From: Bacteroidales bacterium | GTDB lineage: Bacteria; Bacteroidota; Bacteroidia; Bacteroidales; SZUA-534 | Length of the DNA: 64,000 nucleotides | Direction of reading: 5' to 3' | Assembly (NCBI GenBank): GCA_046704385.1 | Contig: JBJKSB010000021.1 | Coordinates: forward strand, 17,269-81,268 | In this document: piece after piece, positions 60,261-64,000 of the stretch | Position numbering within the stretch: the first letter of the stretch is position 1 | How the letters are laid out: each line of letters starts with the position of its first letter | The notes under the pieces: model-generated | The model's input: the letters and a program-made list of their open reading frames with translations, nothing else | What the model was told of the DNA's origin: nothing | Databases searched by the model: none | Translations under genes and position numbers: made by a program

Positions 60261-61376
60261 TTATTTTGTAGCGCAACTCGCATCAGGGTTTATCTGCACA
60301 ATTTTAGTCGGATCTACTTTAGCATTTCTCTCGTTTATCGCGTTAACCACTCGTTCTGCCATTTCAGTAAAAGCCATACCGGTAACAGTTTCAGCATTTG
60401 TAGCCACTGGTACTCCTGAGTCGCCACCTTCACAAATACTTTGTACTATGGGTATTTCGCCTAACATATTTAAATTAAGCCGATTGGCTAATTCCTTACA
60501 TCCACCTTTGCCGAAAATGTAATATTTGTTTTCCGGTAATTCTGCAGGAGTGAACCATGCCATATTCTCGACCAACCCAAGAACAGGAACATTTATTTTT
60601 TCTCCTTTAAACATGTTTATTCCTTTAACAGCATCAGCCAAAGCCACATCTTGCGGTGTACTTACAATAATTGCACCTGTAACAGCAACAGACTGTACCA
60701 GGGTTAAATGTATGTCGCTGGTACCGGGAGGCAAATCAATCAGCAGATAATCGAGTTCGCCCCAATCGCCCTGCAATAATAATTGATTTAATGCGCTAGT
60801 GGCCATGGGTCCACGCCATACCAATGCATCTTCAGGATTTACGAAAAATCCGATAGAAAGCATTTTTACTCCGTATTTTTCAACGGGAATAATGGTTTCA
60901 GTACTGTTCTGTTTTGTAACTTCCGGGCGGGCTGTTTCCATTCCAAACATTTTGGGAACGGATGGACCATAAATATCGGCATCCACCAAACCTACTTTGG
61001 CACCCATATTGGCTAAAGCCACAGCCAGGTTTGATGAAACCGTTGATTTCCCAACACCGCCTTTGCCTGAAGCAATCGCAATAATATTTTTAACTTTTGA
61101 GAGTGGAGGCTCAGCCTCTTCCTGCATGGTCATGGCTTTAATATTTCCTCGAATTTGAGCATCATTGCCGAGCTCCTTTTCAATTACTTCAACACAATTC
61201 TTTTTTAAATTGGCAATATTGGTTGTGTTTTTTTTGTTAAAAACCAGTGCAAATGATATTTTTTTGTCTTCTATTTCAAGCTCCTGTACCATTCCAAGGG
61301 TAATTATATCAGCCTTTTGTTCAGGATGGATTACTTTTCGTAAAGCCTTGAAAACCTGTTCGGGTGTATATAACAT
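60261..61376 (-). CDS. Mrp/NBP35 (ApbC) iron-sulfur cluster carrier ATPase
   Basis: Tracked from 61526, but that extension covers the sppA terminator hairpin. The ATG at 61376 ('MLYTPEQVFKAL') gives 371 aa with the deviant Walker A 'SGKGGVGKST' and 'ENM'. Confidence 0.9.
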   Translation of the reverse strand: MLYTPEQVFKALRKVIHPEQKADIITLGMVQELEIEDKKISFALVFNKKNTTNIANLKKNCVEVIEKELGNDAQIRGNIKAMTMQEEAEPPLSKVKNIIAIASGKGGVGKSTVSSNLAVALANMGAKVGLVDADIYGPSVPKMFGMETARPEVTKQNSTETIIPVEKYGVKMLSIGFFVNPEDALVWRGPMATSALNQLLLQGDWGELDYLLIDLPPGTSDIHLTLVQSVAVTGAIIVSTPQDVALADAVKGINMFKGEKINVPVLGLVENMAWFTPAELPENKYYIFGKGGCKELANRLNLNMLGEIPIVQSICEGGDSGVPVATNAETVTGMAFTEMAERVVNAINERNAKVDPTKIVQINPDASCATK

Positions 61377-61503
61377 TTTATAATAATTTAATTTTCGGGC
61401 AAAATTAATGGTTTTTAATTCTTTTATCGGCTTTTTTCTAAAAAAAGACATGCAGGTATGATTTATTTTACAGTATAAACCGGGGGTAAAAACAATTATA
61501 GAA

Positions 61504-61535
61504 TAAAAAACCCTGCCGGATATCATGGCAGGGTT
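61504..61535 (-). terminator. intrinsic terminator after sppA
   Basis: Minus strand AACCCTGCC-atgatatcc-GGCAGGGTTTTTTATTC. Confidence 0.75.
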
Positions 61536-61556
61536 ATTATATTGAATTAATAAATG

Positions 61557-63329
61557 CTAATACAGTTCAACATCGTAATCCATACGAGCCTGTATGCCCT
61601 GAAGTGTCTGTAGATTTTTAATTTTTTGATAGAAATTGTAGTTTTCACCCAACTGGGCTTTAATAATTCTGGTGGAAACTTCTCCGGTCAATTGCTTGAT
61701 TAATTCTTCCATTGGATCGGGGCGTTTTGGATAGTCAACGGTTTTATATTCAGTTAAATCGGCTTTTTCGGCAGCAATTTCGGTTGCACGTTTTAATCCG
61801 CCGAATTCATCCACCAGGTTTATCTCTTTGGCGTTAATTCCACTCCATACACGACCCTGACCTATGTTATCGATAGCTTCGGTAGTTGTGTTTCTGCCTT
61901 TTGCCACATGGTCGATAAATGTGCCGTAAAATTGATTCACACTATTTTGAATAATCTCTTTTTCAGCTTCGGTCATTGGGCGGCTGGCATCACCAATATC
62001 GGCAAAAGTATTGGTTTTAATTCCGTCGAAAGTAATTCCCAGCTTATTGTTCATCAATTTTTGGGTATTAAACATAAGCCCGAATACACCAATGGAGCCC
62101 GTTAATGTAGTTGGATTTGCCACAATTTCATCGGCTGGACAGGCTATATAATAACCACCTGATGCAGCCAGATCGCCCATGGAAACTATAATGGGTTTTA
62201 CCTGTTTGGTTAAGGTAACTTCGCGCCAAATAACATCGGAGGCTAATCCGCTTCCACCAGGCGAGTTGATGCGGAATACTACTGCTTTAATGGAACTGTC
62301 GCGGCGAACTTCCCGAAATGCTTTTGCCAGGGTTTCTGACCCAATAGTCTGGAAATCACCTTTGCCAGACTGAATTTCACCTGAAGCATAGACTATCGCT
62401 ATTTTTTTACGCTCATCACGTTTTTTGCTTTTTTCTGCTTTAACATTGTTATACTTGCCAAGTTTAACCAGTTTAAGTTTTTCAGCGCTTTTGGCACCGG
62501 TAAGTGACACCAATTCATCTATAACCTCGTCACGATATTTGGCCGCATCAATAATTTTATTGTCAACGGCACTTTTAATGTCGCGAACGGAATAATTATC
62601 AGCAATCTGATTTACCTGTTGAACAGTTAACCCGCGTTGTTTGGCAATTCCGGCAGCAATATGATCCCAAATGGATTGCACATAGGTTTTTGTTTGTTCT
62701 TTATTGGCATCGCTCATTTTATCGAGAATAAGAGGCTCGATAGCGCTTTTAAACTTTCCGTGACGGAAAATAACTGGTTCAATTCCAAGTTTTTCGAGGG
62801 AACCTTTATAAAAAGCAATTTTTGACCTTAACCCTTTTATGGCCATATCGCCCACAGGGTTCATGTAAATTTTATCAGAGGTTGTGGCCAGGTAATAGGC
62901 TCCCTGGGACATAGTTTCGGCATAGGTATAAATAAATTTTCCGCTTTCTTTAAAATCGAGCAGGGCATTTCTGATTTCCTCAATTGTAGCAACACCTGCA
63001 GGTATTGCACTTAACTCCATAAAAATGCCTTTGATATGATCATCTTTTTTGGCTTTTTCGAGGTCTTTTAAAATATCGTTTAGTCCAAGTGATTGCTCAG
63101 CTTCAAATGACATAAAGTCGAAATTTTCAAAAGGACTGTCGCTGGCCCGATCGACAATAGATTTATCAAGTTTGAGATAAAGAATACTGTTTGGATCAAT
63201 TTTGGTTTCTTTACTATCAGAGGCTGAAGCAATGATCCCAATAATTCCAAGAAAAATAAACGTACTCACAACAGAGTAGAGTAAAAGGCCCACTACAGTA
63301 GCCAAGGTATACTTTAAAAAGTCTTTCAT
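61557..63329 (-). CDS. sppA: signal peptide peptidase SppA, 67K type
   Basis: 590 aa with an N-terminal TM helix. Duplicated S49 domains; 'AASGGYYIA' and 'SQGAYYLAT'. Confidence 0.9.
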   Translation of the reverse strand: MKDFLKYTLATVVGLLLYSVVSTFIFLGIIGIIASASDSKETKIDPNSILYLKLDKSIVDRASDSPFENFDFMSFEAEQSLGLNDILKDLEKAKKDDHIKGIFMELSAIPAGVATIEEIRNALLDFKESGKFIYTYAETMSQGAYYLATTSDKIYMNPVGDMAIKGLRSKIAFYKGSLEKLGIEPVIFRHGKFKSAIEPLILDKMSDANKEQTKTYVQSIWDHIAAGIAKQRGLTVQQVNQIADNYSVRDIKSAVDNKIIDAAKYRDEVIDELVSLTGAKSAEKLKLVKLGKYNNVKAEKSKKRDERKKIAIVYASGEIQSGKGDFQTIGSETLAKAFREVRRDSSIKAVVFRINSPGGSGLASDVIWREVTLTKQVKPIIVSMGDLAASGGYYIACPADEIVANPTTLTGSIGVFGLMFNTQKLMNNKLGITFDGIKTNTFADIGDASRPMTEAEKEIIQNSVNQFYGTFIDHVAKGRNTTTEAIDNIGQGRVWSGINAKEINLVDEFGGLKRATEIAAEKADLTEYKTVDYPKRPDPMEELIKQLTGEVSTRIIKAQLGENYNFYQKIKNLQTLQGIQARMDYDVELY

Positions 63330-63438
63330 AAAATTAAATTTTGGGTTAAAATATTCTTATCAATGTTCGTAATTACGTTTTTGACGCAACGTGGTTTATT
63401 TGGTTACAAGTTAAAGAATTATTTTATAACTCAGGATA

Positions 63439-64000
63439 CTAACGCCTGAATTGGTATATATTTGAAAACTCGCGGCCTACATACAAGCCTACACAACCAC
63501 GCTGAACTTTAGGATTGTCTTCAACATGGACCTTAATGGAAATAAGTTGGGTTTTGTTGGGAGTAGCCAGCCAAACCGGTGATTCAGAAGTTTTGCTATC
63601 AAAAACCAATTCTGTAGTAGTTGTGGTTTCGCGGGTCCATGTGGTATCCATAATAGTTTCTTCACCAATTGGAATTCGTTCACCGTCAGGATCATATAAA
63701 TAAAAACCGTTTGGATCTTTTTTAAATACAGTAACAGTTTTTGGTTTAATTTCATTTACTACACGGTTAAACTTTTTTCGGGGAACCATTACTTCAAAGT
63801 CGACCTTACCCAATTTTTGTTCCCCAACTACAAATATTCTGTAGTTTTGCTTTGAATACAATACAATATTCAGTGTGGTAGTATCGCCATTGGCCAGTTC
63901 AACAAAAAGGGATTGGCCACGATAATCAAAATCAAGACGCAAATCTTTGGAGGCTAGTTTCTTTTTGGCGCAATTCTGACCATTTACATATCCGGGTAAA
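63439..64000 (-). CDS. hypothetical protein, 5' end outside the window
   Basis: The frame of the tracked 167-aa ORF stays open upstream to base 64000 (..LPGYVNGQNCAKKKLASKDLRLDFDY..), so the gene is probably partial here. Confidence 0.5.
   Translation of the reverse strand, partial: LPGYVNGQNCAKKKLASKDLRLDFDYRGQSLFVELANGDTTTLNIVLYSKQNYRIFVVGEQKLGKVDFEVMVPRKKFNRVVNEIKPKTVTVFKKDPNGFYLYDPDGERIPIGEETIMDTTWTRETTTTTELVFDSKTSESPVWLATPNKTQLISIKVHVEDNPKVQRGCVGLYVGREFSNIYQFRR

Noticed and set aside
61377-61526. 50-codon N-terminal extension of the Mrp/ApbC gene in the ORF track.
   Set aside because: The extension spans the sppA terminator hairpin (61504-61535) and encodes an implausible peptide. The ATG at 61376 gives the conserved N-terminus.

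Overview
AT-rich 64-kb chromosomal segment. Gene content points to Bacteroidota: GH3-family, DUF2723, PorP/SprF-like and TonB-like proteins, KdsB/LpxK, and no obvious Shine-Dalgarno sequences. Most of it is ordinary housekeeping, tightly packed on both strands: mutS, purD, prfB-recX-prmC, ribD, lpxK, kdsB, rnhB, sppA, corA, nucleoside-salvage kinases and phosphorylase, and four intact tRNAs (Asn, Phe, Leu, Gly). No CRISPR array, rRNA, transposase or integrase was seen. Four regions deserve a second look. (1) 31.4-38.5 kb holds a visibly GC-richer DNA-damage cassette: a non-canonical LexA-like repressor (XRE HTH + S24 peptidase) divergent from a catalytically intact Y-family polymerase, a DnaE2-type polymerase and an SRAP protein. 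It also carries AT-rich palindromes, a hairpin-rich roughly 200-nt leader, a long intercistronic hairpin and tandem 10-mers. It is interrupted by a GxxExxY gene bracketed by two roughly 100-bp direct repeats. (2) 2.3-3.0 kb is a tRNA-Asn locus with duplicated tRNA 3' halves, tRNA-shaped decoys and one intact plus one decayed GIY-YIG ORF. (3) Three phased ATACC-N4-GGTAT palindromes abut an archaeal-type ATPase gene. (4) A 5'-truncated dinD remnant lies beside tRNA-Leu/tRNA-Gly. Smaller items are a GC-rich PAS module inside an AT-rich kinase gene, a 1257-aa PAS-only protein, the classical prfB +1 frameshift, and a DUF2807 gene whose signal peptide is out of frame at a T6 tract. All calls rest on reading the sequence and translations; no database search was possible.
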